This document shows, piece after piece, positions 33,536 to 44,000 of a stretch of 64,000 nt of DNA; the stretch's first letter is position 1; every line of letters begins with the position of its first letter. A program made the position numbers and the translations under genes. Source of the stretch: Trypanosoma brucei. Its lineage: Eukaryota. The stretch covers positions 1,056,001 to 1,120,000 of the forward strand of contig CM000208.1 of assembly GCA_000002445.1 (NCBI GenBank), written 5' to 3'. The notes under the pieces are model-generated. The model did not search any database, was not told the origin of the DNA, and was given only the letters and a program-made list of their open reading frames with translations.

Positions 33536-36500
33536 TTAAAATGACGGGGCCCTTGGAAGTGGAGGTGGTAAATCACTGTCTAGTGAAGGAAGCGGCTGTA
33601 CACAGCGGCGGTCTTCAGTTCCATGGACGTCACCAGAGTCTTTCTGCTGGGATTCAGAGTACGGCCAGGTGTCACCCTCCTGCACACTGCTTACGTCCTT
33701 AAAACGTTGTCTAAGTTCTTGAACCTCAGTCCGGTACCTCTCCGCAGTTAATTCAGCAGCTTGTAACCTTTTCTGCAATCTCGCCTGTTGCTCCGACATG
33801 GCGCTTCCTCCCATGGAAGAATCTAAGAGACGCCTCGACAACTTCTCGGATTGCTCGAGAAGCTGCTTTTCTCTGGATCGGAGCTCCCTTAGTTCACGCA
33901 CAAGGTCCATATGTTTGGCTACGCTAACAGTTTTCGACTTCAGGACAGAATTCTCCTGTTGAAGGCGCTCTACTACAACTTTCATATTCTCCACCAAAGT
34001 CTCAAGTGCCTCCACGCGACCACGCTCTTTATGCGCCCCTCCAACCCTCATATTAATGGAATCTGCCTTGAGGACGTCATCGAGGTGGCGTTCAAGGCGT
34101 GATACCTTCAGTTGCAAAGCCTCCCGCTCAAATCGAAGGTCGAGAATAATACCATTCTTCTCCAGCAGCTCCCGTTCAAGGGAATTTTGATCACTGGGCT
34201 TCATACTAGTTAACACGTTGAGCGCCGGCGCAGTAACGGCTGTTGTCGGTATTACCTGATAACGATTTAGTTCAACTGTCAAGCGTTGATTTTCAGCTAT
34301 TAGCTCCGCAACACGTTGTTCTAAACTACGGAACCTCACCTCGTTCTCGACTCTTAGCTCCCTCTGCAGAGACTCAATCACTGCTTCCAGCTTCAACACA
34401 GCACGCTTACTGGCACGCACGCCCGCTGGAGAGGTGGGCTGAATACAGTCAGGGGTGTTAACTTGTCGTCTGCGCAGTTCCTCGAGCTCCTTCTTATAGA
34501 AGTCAATCTGTTGCGCTGCATCGTCAAGGCTATCCAGGCGACTCTTTAACATCTCCACTTGACGTTGCAACTCCTCATTCTCCTTAATTTTGGCCTCCAT
34601 TTGCTGGATGAGCTGTGTGTTTGATCCTGCTGCTGCCTGTAACAGTGGAGAAACAAGAGCAGAGGGGTTGGAGAAGTGACCTTTTTCCACTCCGGATGGC
34701 CGGTGGTGCCTCTTCCCCCTTTCATCGAGGGATTGGTGAAGAATGGCGGTCTCCCGAACCGCACCGAGTTCCCGAGTCTCAAGTTCCTTCCTGGTGCTGA
34801 GCAATTGAGAGCGAAGGGTGTTATTGATGTCACGTTCACCGCGAAGCTGCTCGCTGACATCTTTTAAGTCACGGGCCTGGCGACTCACTAACGCGCGCAG
34901 CGACGATATTTCGTTCAGATTGTCTCGCTGTGCTCCCTCAACCTCACTGCGCGCAACGGCTGCCACCTGGGATTGGTCAATGACGTGAGATCCTACAACA
35001 GGAGTTGCACTACAATTAGTGCAGTCGGCTAAGGCTGGATGAAGTAGAGGCTCCCTTGGAGACTTCATAACTTCCAAAGGTCGCCCTTCCAAGTAGCCTC
35101 GTTGGCATAACTCCTGACCCTCACGTCGTTGCTGTTGCACTTTCCACGGCACCTCGGCAAGAACCTCACCCTCCCCATTCTCCTGAACTGTCTGAAGAAC
35201 CTGCGTTCCTCTCTCGTGTGAAGCCTGCATCCTCTTCGGTGACCGCCGTCCCTGCAACGACACCTTAGAGGGTTGTGCAGCTAGTTCCCGCTTCAGTCGC
35301 AAAATTTCATGCTCCTTCTCCTGGAGCTGAAGATGAAGTTCGTACGCCAGTTGCTGAACTTCCTCATGCTTCCTAAGAGTTTCTTCTTCACGACGAACCT
35401 TCTCCTCGAGTTCCTTCTGAATAGACTGTAACCGCAGGTTGACGCTCTTTAGATGCTCACTGGACTCTTGCTGAATGTTTCCCATCCGCTGTGCCAACGC
35501 CATCTCATGTTGGTGCTTACGGGAAATGCTATCACGTTCCTGCGCTTCATCAACAAGTCTCTGCTTCAGCAGGTTCGTCGCTATGATGAGTTTTTCATTC
35601 TGCTCTTCCATATGGTGGATGTCCGCGTTCAATCTTTCGTTCATCGCAACAAGCCTTCGCGCCCTCTCCACGTCGTTCTGTTGCTTTATAATTTCTTCAC
35701 GCAACGAGTCTAGTTGCTCTCGCCACTTATCGGTATCCGTCTGCAACCGCCGAGCTTCTCGTCTCTCTTCGTCCAACTTTTCTCGGGCTTCTGCAAGCTG
35801 TGTTTCTAGGAATGAGAGTTGAGCCCGCAGTTCAGTCTCTACCACACCTGGCTTCGCTGCTTTTGCTGCTACAACACTTTTGAGAACACCTCCCTGTTCC
35901 ACTGTAAGATTTCGTGCCTCGTACAACTGCTGGGCCAGCAAATCCCTTTCAGTGTGCGCCCGCTGCAATTCGTCGGTGAGGGCGAGCTCCCGCTGGCGTA
36001 AGTTTGCTATTACAACACTTTGGTCATCTATGATGTCAACAGCAGGTGTCGCACCTGATGGCGGCACCTGTGGCGTCCGGTGTGAGTGCTGCCTTTCCAC
36101 TTCAGTTGGGCATCCAGATACCGAAGGAAAATGCTGCTGTTGCCGTCGGGCATCCGCTACCTGGTCACTGAGTCGCGACTCCAACATTATGTTAGCAGTC
36201 CTCGCGTTTCTCAACTCCGCCCTAAGGCGAAGTACTTCTTTCGTGAGTACAGCGACGTGCTCAGACACCCCACTGGCTGGTTCCCCCGCATCGGGTAGTT
36301 GGGCGCCGTATTCGTACTGCTCAGCTGCACCGTTGATTGCCTCACGGAAACGTTCAACCATGGCGCTGTTTTCCTTGAAAAGTCGCTCATGCAAGCGTTC
36401 CATCCGCGTAGACTCTTCCACCTGGCACTCCAGGTATTTTCGGCGCTCTGCCTGCAGTTGTCCCTGCAACTGTTCAATGCACATGTCTTTGCTCTTCAGC

Positions 36501-39500
36501 ATATCCTGTAAACACCTACTATGGTGCTCAGCAGCGCGATGTGACACCTCCGCTTGGGCTTCATGTGAACGAATTACACGCCTCTCGCGCTCTTCAGCCC
36601 GCTGCCGCTCATCATGCAACTGCTGCTGTACGTTCTGTAGCCGCTCGCGGAGTCTGCCGACCTCACCCTTTAGAGCATCATTCTCTGCAGTCACCTTCCG
36701 TGCTGCAATACCCTCCTCCTTCAACTGCTTTTTGAGAAGGTCACATTCATGCACTAGCACCCCTTGCTTTTCCATAACCTGATTGTACTCTCGAGCGGCC
36801 ATATCAACAGCCTCGTGTTGATGTCGTTGACCGAAATCGCCCTGCTGGATGACGACAGCGGGGGATTCGGACTTACTGAAAACCGACTCTTTCAACTGTA
36901 AAAGATTTCTGAAAGCCTCCCCATCAGCGGCTGTAAGAGTGGTCCCGTTGAGCTCCAGGCGACTGATCTCCTCGGTCAGCTGCTGCACGTGCGTCTCCGC
37001 CCTTTTTAATTTCTGCTGGAGGAAACTACAATCCTCCCGCAACTCTACTATCTTCACATCTTTATCACGCACAGCGGACAAAGACGCCAGAAGCTTCGCA
37101 TGAAGCGCATCCACACGCCCCTCCCCATCCTTAACTTTAAGGAGCTCCAGCTGCTGCTGCAACAGTGCTGCGTTGCCCCTTGCCTCTGCCAGCTGGGCCG
37201 CAAGCTCGCTCCGGATTGCCTGGGACCGTTCATTGTCAGTAATGGCATCCATAAGACGTTTGTGTAGTATTTCCGTACGATGGGGCGATAAGGCACCAGC
37301 AAAGCAGCGCTGTTCACTACGCACGTAGTCAACTACTGCCACCGTCTGCTCGACGTACTTCCTATATAAACGGAAGGCATTCAGTTTGTAGGTAGTCGCT
37401 TCGTTCACAGCAACCCTGAGATTCGCCTCCATGGCGTGAAGCTGCATCCGAGCTTGTTTGAGCTGAAGAACGGCCAACTCACTCTGACAACGAAGAGCTG
37501 AGTGTTGTCGGATAGCAGCTGAGACAAAGTCACTTAACCTCTGCGAATTCCCTGCATCGCGAACCAGTGAAAGCTCCTGCTTCGTAGCTTCCAACTCAAT
37601 TTCAAGACGCTTACATTCCCCCTGCAAATCGAGTGAATAGTGAAGGACACCTAAATTAATGGACTTCAGCCTCGCAACCTCCCTCTCAAGTTGATAGATT
37701 TTACTTCCCTCCGACATGATTCCCCCTAGTTCTCGGTTATGTCCAATTGCTGCTCCCTCTTGTTGTTGCCTTTGTTCCTTTGCGACGCCGTTCTGCTGGT
37801 CTTGCGGGGTGCTGCAGACGGCCGGGACACCACTACCACTCGTACCAGTCCCGCTCCCAATTGAGTTATCTATATGTTCATGCAATAAGGCAAGCTCTCG
37901 TCGGGCGTCGCCAAGCTGAGCCTCTATGGTTGACACTTCTCGCTCTTTATCCTCACACCGTTTCATGTAGAGGTTGCACTTCTGCTGCCAAGTTGTGACC
38001 TCCGACTCCCAACGTGTAACCGACGAGATGACACCTCCGCCAACAACGGGACCATCCTTAACTTCGTTGGCCTCACTTACGGTATCGCGCAACCTCCGCA
38101 GACACTCCAGCTCGACTCGCTGCTCCTCTAATTTCTCCTCTATTACAATTCTATGTGCCCTTTGATTCTGCACCTCCAGGCGCAAAACTTTAAGCTCCTC
38201 GATATGTTCCATGTTACGATACACTCTCTGTAGGTGAAGAAGGTAAGTACTATCCTCCCTGAAGAGTCTACCACGCAAAATTCCTCCCAACCTTTGCTGC
38301 ATCTCGTCAATGACGTCATTCTCGATACACACACTACTCGAGGACCGGGGGAGAACAAATCCTGTAGAAGTGTTCTCAAGTGCCTCCTTTAGTGATTTAA
38401 AGACAGTGTTAACATACTCACGCATGGACCGCTCAGACTTCGAGGCCTCCCCATGCATTTCCATAACACGACGCAGGCGCTGCAGGAGTTTGGTCTCGCG
38501 CTGCCTTAACAAGACAATCTTTTGAAGTAGTTCCCGAGTATTCACAGATTCCATACGCTGTATGGTGCCTTCCACATCCTTCAGAATGTTGGTACGCTCA
38601 TTCAGTTTCTCTGTCAGTTCTCTATTCATTTCCTGCAGAGCAGCAACCTGGTTTCGGACGTCTTCCTGCTGAGAACTCGCCTCCGTGCACTTTCGCTTCA
38701 TTTCCTCGTGTACGGCGTGCTGCTGGGAAAGTTGGTCCTTCATAACATCAACTGTGCTTTTCAAAGACGTGATGAGTTCGTCCTTCTTACGTAATTGATT
38801 CTCGAAGGTCCGTTTGAGGTAGTTTAGGGAACTGGAGCGGACAGGGGTGCCACAGTTACAACCCTCAGGAAAGGACGGTGGTGAGAAAGCACCCTCTGCG
38901 CTCGAAGGAATCCGGGAGGGGCCTAAGTTGTCTACTGCTCCTTCTTTGGTCTCCAGAATCTGCGGACTGTCTTCCACGGTGTCATCGAAGACCAGACCCT
39001 CAAAGAAGGCTGAGCGATACTTGTCACGCTCATCTAGAAGCATGTCTCTTTCGGCTGTAGTTGCGGCGAGTTGCTCCCGTAGAGTTGTTTGTGTGGCTGC
39101 GTTGTCCTTAATAGTGAGCTCGGACTGCTCTAAAAGCTGGAGGGCACTCTGAAGCTGTTCCCTCAAGCGTAATGTGTCTGCAGCACCTTCGCCATTTTCA
39201 TCTGCTACCCGACTCGCCGCAATAATATCGACACGGTCGCGTAAGCGCTGTAGGGCAGACGCTGCCTCTACTGAGGAACTGAAGTCGGTTTTCCCCGAGA
39301 GTTCACGCAAAACCTCTTCCATTCGTTGTTTCACAAAATCATTAAAGTGTTCCATCTCCTTCCGCCTCAATCGAAGCTCCTGAAAGTACTTCTCTTTGTA
39401 ATTTTCCTCCCCAGCCTCCTCAACGATTACCCTACCGACCTTCATCTGACCTACAATTTTGTCTAGCTGCTTCAGTTGCTCGGGGTTGAGACCGAGTTCC

Positions 39501-41155
39501 AGTCGTAGCTTAGTGTCAAGCAGCGGCTGAAGGCGAACTCTGTCCATCCAATGCCGTCGTTCGCGTTCTAACCAATCAACTTCCTCCTTAAGTGTGATAA
39601 CCTCCGCCTTTAGCATCTCCACTTCACTACAATATAAGGTGGACCTCGGTCGCAGACGCTCGATTTCCTCCTGCGTAACACCAACTCGGATGCACAGTTC
39701 CTGTAGCGCGGAAGAAAACGTCAGGGAATCTGTCATCGCATTAAGCCGTTCTCGAAGTTGAGAATTTTCCTCACGAAGAAGCTCCAGAGTTCTGGTTGAA
39801 GTTTCAAGCTCACACCTGAGACGACGAAGTCCCTCATCGCCCCGTTCATAATTTTTGATAAGACGATTGATCCTGACAATTTCTTCCTCACGGGCTTCGG
39901 CTCGGAGCTCCATCTGTTGCAACTCCACTGAAAGACGGTCATTTTCCTGCTGAAGACGTTGAATGTCTGCCACGAGGATCTGCGTATCACGTTCCTCTAT
40001 GTTTGCCTTCAAACGAAACGGCCCCGTCTCGGCAAGGTTAGAAGAGTTTCTAGCTGATGGTGAAGAGCGTTTGGCGGTACCACCACTCTGCATTGCCCCA
40101 AACCCGAGGCTGCTGTTCGACATCGGCAGATTTTTCCCCATGTCGTGGCGTTTGTCGTCATCTTCCCTTAGATGGCTTGGACAGCGCTGCCGCTCTACTA
40201 CAACCTGTGTTGCCCGACGGTCAATATCCCGTTGCTTGCGGCTAAGTTCGTCGGTTAGTATCTGGACTCGGTTACGCTCCTCATCCACAACCTCGTGGTG
40301 AAGCTTTTGTAACTCTGTCATATCCTTCAGAGCTTCCATCTCTCGCTGCTCACAAAGCTCCTCGGCACGGTTACGTAGCTGAATGAGATTATGGTTTTCC
40401 AACTGCAATTCACGCACTTTTTGGCGCAATCGTTTTAGCTCTGATTCATCGTCTTGTAGTCTGTCTACCTCCGAACGACGTGTCTCCCTCAACATTTCCT
40501 TTACGCTGTTGTGCTTTTCTATAACTCGCTTATGTTTGGCCACGAGATGCTTGTACTCCAACTGCAGTTTTGCATTTTCTTGCACAACACTAGCTTTCTC
40601 ACCCTCACAAAACTGGGCAGTGCGCCGAAGTTGCTCGTTCTCATGCTTGAGACGATCTAACTCTCTAGCGTGTTTATCATATTTTTCTGTGATGTGCCTC
40701 ACCCCATGCCCCCCACTCAATTCGACACCTCGTGGGGAACGCATACCACAGACGCCTGCCTGGTTTTCCTCGTGCCGAAACGCCACTTTAAAGTACTCGT
40801 TTTCCTTAAAGAGTTGCGTCACGCGGTTGCGACAAGCTTCATCAGTGTCACAAACAGTTTGGACCACGTGTTGAAGGAACCCGTTCTCTTGCTGAAAACG
40901 ATCTTCATTGTCAAGATAAACCTTTGCCATAATACGCAATAAACGCATGATAGCAACCGCACACTGTCGATCGGCGAAGTGTTTATCATCCTTGTTCCAA
41001 TAAACTTTTGAGACTCCCTCAGCGAACTGCCGTAAGTCCCGTGGGTTTACCACCTTTTCCCATTCATCGATTGGGAGCGACAATATGAATGACCAATCAA
41101 CCTCAGGGTACGAAGCGTAAGGGCTCTCAGCTGTTAAAGCCGACGAAGAATTCAT
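33536..41155 (-). CDS. giant coiled-coil protein (2539 aa), hypothetical structural/cytoskeletal
   Basis: 7.6-kb uninterrupted ORF with an ATG start. Pervasive heptad-like E/K/R/L/Q-rich sequence throughout. Confidence 0.75.
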   Translation of the reverse strand: MNSSSALTAESPYASYPEVDWSFILSLPIDEWEKVVNPRDLRQFAEGVSKVYWNKDDKHFADRQCAVAIMRLLRIMAKVYLDNEDRFQQENGFLQHVVQTVCDTDEACRNRVTQLFKENEYFKVAFRHEENQAGVCGMRSPRGVELSGGHGVRHITEKYDKHARELDRLKHENEQLRRTAQFCEGEKASVVQENAKLQLEYKHLVAKHKRVIEKHNSVKEMLRETRRSEVDRLQDDESELKRLRQKVRELQLENHNLIQLRNRAEELCEQREMEALKDMTELQKLHHEVVDEERNRVQILTDELSRKQRDIDRRATQVVVERQRCPSHLREDDDKRHDMGKNLPMSNSSLGFGAMQSGGTAKRSSPSARNSSNLAETGPFRLKANIEERDTQILVADIQRLQQENDRLSVELQQMELRAEAREEEIVRINRLIKNYERGDEGLRRLRCELETSTRTLELLREENSQLRERLNAMTDSLTFSSALQELCIRVGVTQEEIERLRPRSTLYCSEVEMLKAEVITLKEEVDWLERERRHWMDRVRLQPLLDTKLRLELGLNPEQLKQLDKIVGQMKVGRVIVEEAGEENYKEKYFQELRLRRKEMEHFNDFVKQRMEEVLRELSGKTDFSSSVEAASALQRLRDRVDIIAASRVADENGEGAADTLRLREQLQSALQLLEQSELTIKDNAATQTTLREQLAATTAERDMLLDERDKYRSAFFEGLVFDDTVEDSPQILETKEGAVDNLGPSRIPSSAEGAFSPPSFPEGCNCGTPVRSSSLNYLKRTFENQLRKKDELITSLKSTVDVMKDQLSQQHAVHEEMKRKCTEASSQQEDVRNQVAALQEMNRELTEKLNERTNILKDVEGTIQRMESVNTRELLQKIVLLRQRETKLLQRLRRVMEMHGEASKSERSMREYVNTVFKSLKEALENTSTGFVLPRSSSSVCIENDVIDEMQQRLGGILRGRLFREDSTYLLHLQRVYRNMEHIEELKVLRLEVQNQRAHRIVIEEKLEEQRVELECLRRLRDTVSEANEVKDGPVVGGGVISSVTRWESEVTTWQQKCNLYMKRCEDKEREVSTIEAQLGDARRELALLHEHIDNSIGSGTGTSGSGVPAVCSTPQDQQNGVAKEQRQQQEGAAIGHNRELGGIMSEGSKIYQLEREVARLKSINLGVLHYSLDLQGECKRLEIELEATKQELSLVRDAGNSQRLSDFVSAAIRQHSALRCQSELAVLQLKQARMQLHAMEANLRVAVNEATTYKLNAFRLYRKYVEQTVAVVDYVRSEQRCFAGALSPHRTEILHKRLMDAITDNERSQAIRSELAAQLAEARGNAALLQQQLELLKVKDGEGRVDALHAKLLASLSAVRDKDVKIVELREDCSFLQQKLKRAETHVQQLTEEISRLELNGTTLTAADGEAFRNLLQLKESVFSKSESPAVVIQQGDFGQRHQHEAVDMAAREYNQVMEKQGVLVHECDLLKKQLKEEGIAARKVTAENDALKGEVGRLRERLQNVQQQLHDERQRAEERERRVIRSHEAQAEVSHRAAEHHSRCLQDMLKSKDMCIEQLQGQLQAERRKYLECQVEESTRMERLHERLFKENSAMVERFREAINGAAEQYEYGAQLPDAGEPASGVSEHVAVLTKEVLRLRAELRNARTANIMLESRLSDQVADARRQQQHFPSVSGCPTEVERQHSHRTPQVPPSGATPAVDIIDDQSVVIANLRQRELALTDELQRAHTERDLLAQQLYEARNLTVEQGGVLKSVVAAKAAKPGVVETELRAQLSFLETQLAEAREKLDEERREARRLQTDTDKWREQLDSLREEIIKQQNDVERARRLVAMNERLNADIHHMEEQNEKLIIATNLLKQRLVDEAQERDSISRKHQHEMALAQRMGNIQQESSEHLKSVNLRLQSIQKELEEKVRREEETLRKHEEVQQLAYELHLQLQEKEHEILRLKRELAAQPSKVSLQGRRSPKRMQASHERGTQVLQTVQENGEGEVLAEVPWKVQQQRREGQELCQRGYLEGRPLEVMKSPREPLLHPALADCTNCSATPVVGSHVIDQSQVAAVARSEVEGAQRDNLNEISSLRALVSRQARDLKDVSEQLRGERDINNTLRSQLLSTRKELETRELGAVRETAILHQSLDERGKRHHRPSGVEKGHFSNPSALVSPLLQAAAGSNTQLIQQMEAKIKENEELQRQVEMLKSRLDSLDDAAQQIDFYKKELEELRRRQVNTPDCIQPTSPAGVRASKRAVLKLEAVIESLQRELRVENEVRFRSLEQRVAELIAENQRLTVELNRYQVIPTTAVTAPALNVLTSMKPSDQNSLERELLEKNGIILDLRFEREALQLKVSRLERHLDDVLKADSINMRVGGAHKERGRVEALETLVENMKVVVERLQQENSVLKSKTVSVAKHMDLVRELRELRSREKQLLEQSEKLSRRLLDSSMGGSAMSEQQARLQKRLQAAELTAERYRTEVQELRQRFKDVSSVQEGDTWPYSESQQKDSGDVHGTEDRRCVQPLPSLDSDLPPPLPRAPSF

Positions 41156-43256
41156 AACTGAAAGGGGGAAAGCCTCCTATGTCCACAACCCGCGCTCGCA
41201 ACCAACCACCCGAGATGTAGGTATATGTTGTCGGGCGTGCAGGTGAATTCTACCCCACCCAACTTTCCAACTCCTATACAAGTCAGATGACGCGATACTG
41301 AGTAAGCTGGTTCAGAGATGGGAAAGAAGCCACACATATGCAATATGCTAACGCATACAGAAGACAAATGCATTTGTCAAAAAAAAAAAAAAATGCAATC
41401 AGACAATTTATGTGAACAGTCCTTTTCAGGGAAGCAAAAAAGTGACTAGAATGGAAACGTTATCGAAAAGAAACGAAAAGCCGAAGAGCACTCGGCAAAC
41501 AAACACCTTCTGTATATGCATAATATGCGCAGGGGTAGACCTCGCCGACTGAATTCACCCCCTTTACCGATATAATGTCAACTCAGATTCGGCTTCCAAC
41601 AGGATACGAAACCTCCCTTAAAGTGTGCTGAAACCTTCATGACAGACGACGACACAAAAAAAAAAAAAAGACATTCTACTTGTCATCATCAGGAAGCTTT
41701 GAAACTCCCCCGTCATACAACACCATTCTTCCTTCAATTAAGAACACGGTGCTATTGTTCAACGTAAACGACATCCTCCTATTCCACTTGAACGACACGA
41801 TGACGCGGATTCCCAACACGCGCAGTCCACAAGTGTCAGTCACAAGAACGGCATAGGTTTAATCCAGCAAGTGCATACAAAAACACACTTAGCTTTACCA
41901 TTTTGTATCTTGCATTGAATATAACCCTACAACAAAAGTTTTTCAAAATAGGGGGAAAATGCAAGTGTAAAAAAAATATGTACAAAGACACGATAAAAGT
42001 AGCCTCAAATTAAAAAAAAAATAAACTCATGATCAGACGTGTTGCCATCGACATGCAGATATAGCAATATAGATATTTTTCTTTCCAGCACCTCTTACCA
42101 CCTTTCTTGACAACGTTTATATCTTAGTAGCACCTTCAGTCTTTTGAATATAGCGTCACCCATTAAGAATAAACCAGAGGAATAGTTCGTGGGAGACCGG
42201 CTCTTCACTGACGGTGGCAGCAAAAATCCTGCTACCCAAACGAGGAAGTAGATCACATATTAGTAAACGCAAGAGGCTCTATTGTTTAAAAACTGTTCCA
42301 AGCACAACAAGTTTGTACTACAAGTCAGACCTCTTCCCCCTCCCCCCGGAAAAGAAAAAAGAAAAAAGAAAAAGAACAACAGTAAGGGAAAAGAAAGAGG
42401 GAAAACTCAAACACATTACCCCCTTCACACGAACACGCACACAGAGACACGCAAAAAGGAGGCGCTTTCATCAGCCGGAAGAAGAAAGACAGGGAACCTT
42501 CGTCACCATCCATTCCACGGTGATCCGGCATTTCCATTTTTAGAATGTATTACATATGGGTCCCCACCTTCCTGTGGATGGACGAAGCAAGCTAGTTCAC
42601 CACAGACGTGAGACAAGGTAAAACACCTGCAGCGCTTGGCGTCAGCATTGAAAATGAAGTTCTGCACGCGATACGCACATTGCCATTACCTCTCCTTCTC
42701 TACGTTGCCTCTTTGGCAAGCTCACCCATGTGTGTATTTCAGCGCAAGCAACGCCATGCCATCCATCCGACAGTCTTTCTGGTCCTTTTTTTTTTTTTGC
42801 GTTGTTATTTACTTACCTCTAACTACCTCGTCTGGTTTACATCAAACAGTGCCGTCCTCCACTCTTTTTTATCTCCACCCTGCAAGTGTTGTTATCACGG
42901 ACACGTCCTTTTCACTTCACGCTGTCCTCTTACTCTTGTTTTCTCTCTTTATACAGACCACGTCCTTTTTTTTCTTCTCTTACAGCCCCGCACAGAAAAT
43001 GCCTCAGTGAAGCCAGCAAGCAAAAAACAAGACAACCCCGACACCAACTAGCAACTTTCATAGCATCGCCTTTCCCCCTTCTTTCGTCCATAGAATGTTC
43101 ACTTAGATAATATAAATTGTAGGAAGTTAATCAGTTTTAGATCGCGCAATCCCCTATAACACCATCTCCTTTCCGTATTTTATCATTCGTCCCCACATGT
43201 TGGAGGAGTATCACCCAATTCAAGTAATTGAATGCGCCCTCGCTCCGTCATATTTT

Positions 43257-44000
43257 TTAGCATTGCAATGACGCTAAGTCCCGATTGACGCGCACGTGCT
43301 CACCCGGTTTCCATACAGACGTGTCAAGTCTGTAAACGTCAATAAAATCACCCACGTCAGTTTGGATTGGACCATGCTTCAACATGTCACAAGAAGAAAT
43401 GAATTGCGGAACGGTCATGCCGCTGTCGCAAAGTCTCCGAACGAGTTCCTGGAGGGCGTGGATGGTGTTGTCGGCACTTTCCCCTCCTTCATAGTCTTCC
43501 ACAAGTATCCCATTCTGTTGATGGCCCCTAATACAATCAGGGGTGTTTTCGATTATCAGAACCATCTCAAGCGGCCTTCCAAGAACAGCTAAATCCTTCT
43601 GATAACCAGCACAGCCGGTAAACCATTTACTGTGTCGGTAGATGCAATGAGAAACAACCCTGTCCTTGTCGATGTTTCGAATGATCGCCTGAGCATATGC
43701 ACGTAAACCTGCCGTCCAAACGACGACCTCCACACATTTTTCCTTGCACAACTGGAAGAACTCATCAAGCCCTGGCCTCGCGTAAAGAGGGCCTTCGCGA
43801 GCATAAACAAGAGTTTCATCCAAGTCCAATGCTAGGGTAAGTTTGCCGTTGTATCTGGGATCTTGATCAGGAAGCACCCATCTGCTGTTCATCTCCTGAT
43901 TCATCGAGGGCGCACGTTGCCGAGTCCTTCGCAACGCTGCACATTGGTACTCCTGCTTAAATGAAGCACCACGAATTCTTTGGCGAGGGACAGTAGACAT
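43257..44000 (-). CDS. NIF/FCP1-homology (CTD small phosphatase-like) HAD-family phosphatase
   Basis: LALDLDETLVY (DxDxT motif), ...VVVWTAGLRAYA..., ...KDLAVLGRPLEMVLIIENTP.... The track ORF starts at a GTG at 44114, and the first ATG is at 44000. Confidence 0.7.
   Translation of the reverse strand: MSTVPRQRIRGASFKQEYQCAALRRTRQRAPSMNQEMNSRWVLPDQDPRYNGKLTLALDLDETLVYAREGPLYARPGLDEFFQLCKEKCVEVVVWTAGLRAYAQAIIRNIDKDRVVSHCIYRHSKWFTGCAGYQKDLAVLGRPLEMVLIIENTPDCIRGHQQNGILVEDYEGGESADNTIHALQELVRRLCDSGMTVPQFISSCDMLKHGPIQTDVGDFIDVYRLDTSVWKPGEHVRVNRDLASLQC

Noticed and set aside
35880-36782. 300-aa plus-strand ORF and many 60-160-aa plus ORFs between 33536 and 41155
   Set aside because: All lie antisense inside the 7.6-kb coiled-coil CDS. 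They are Ser/Cys/Arg-rich reverse-frame artefacts.
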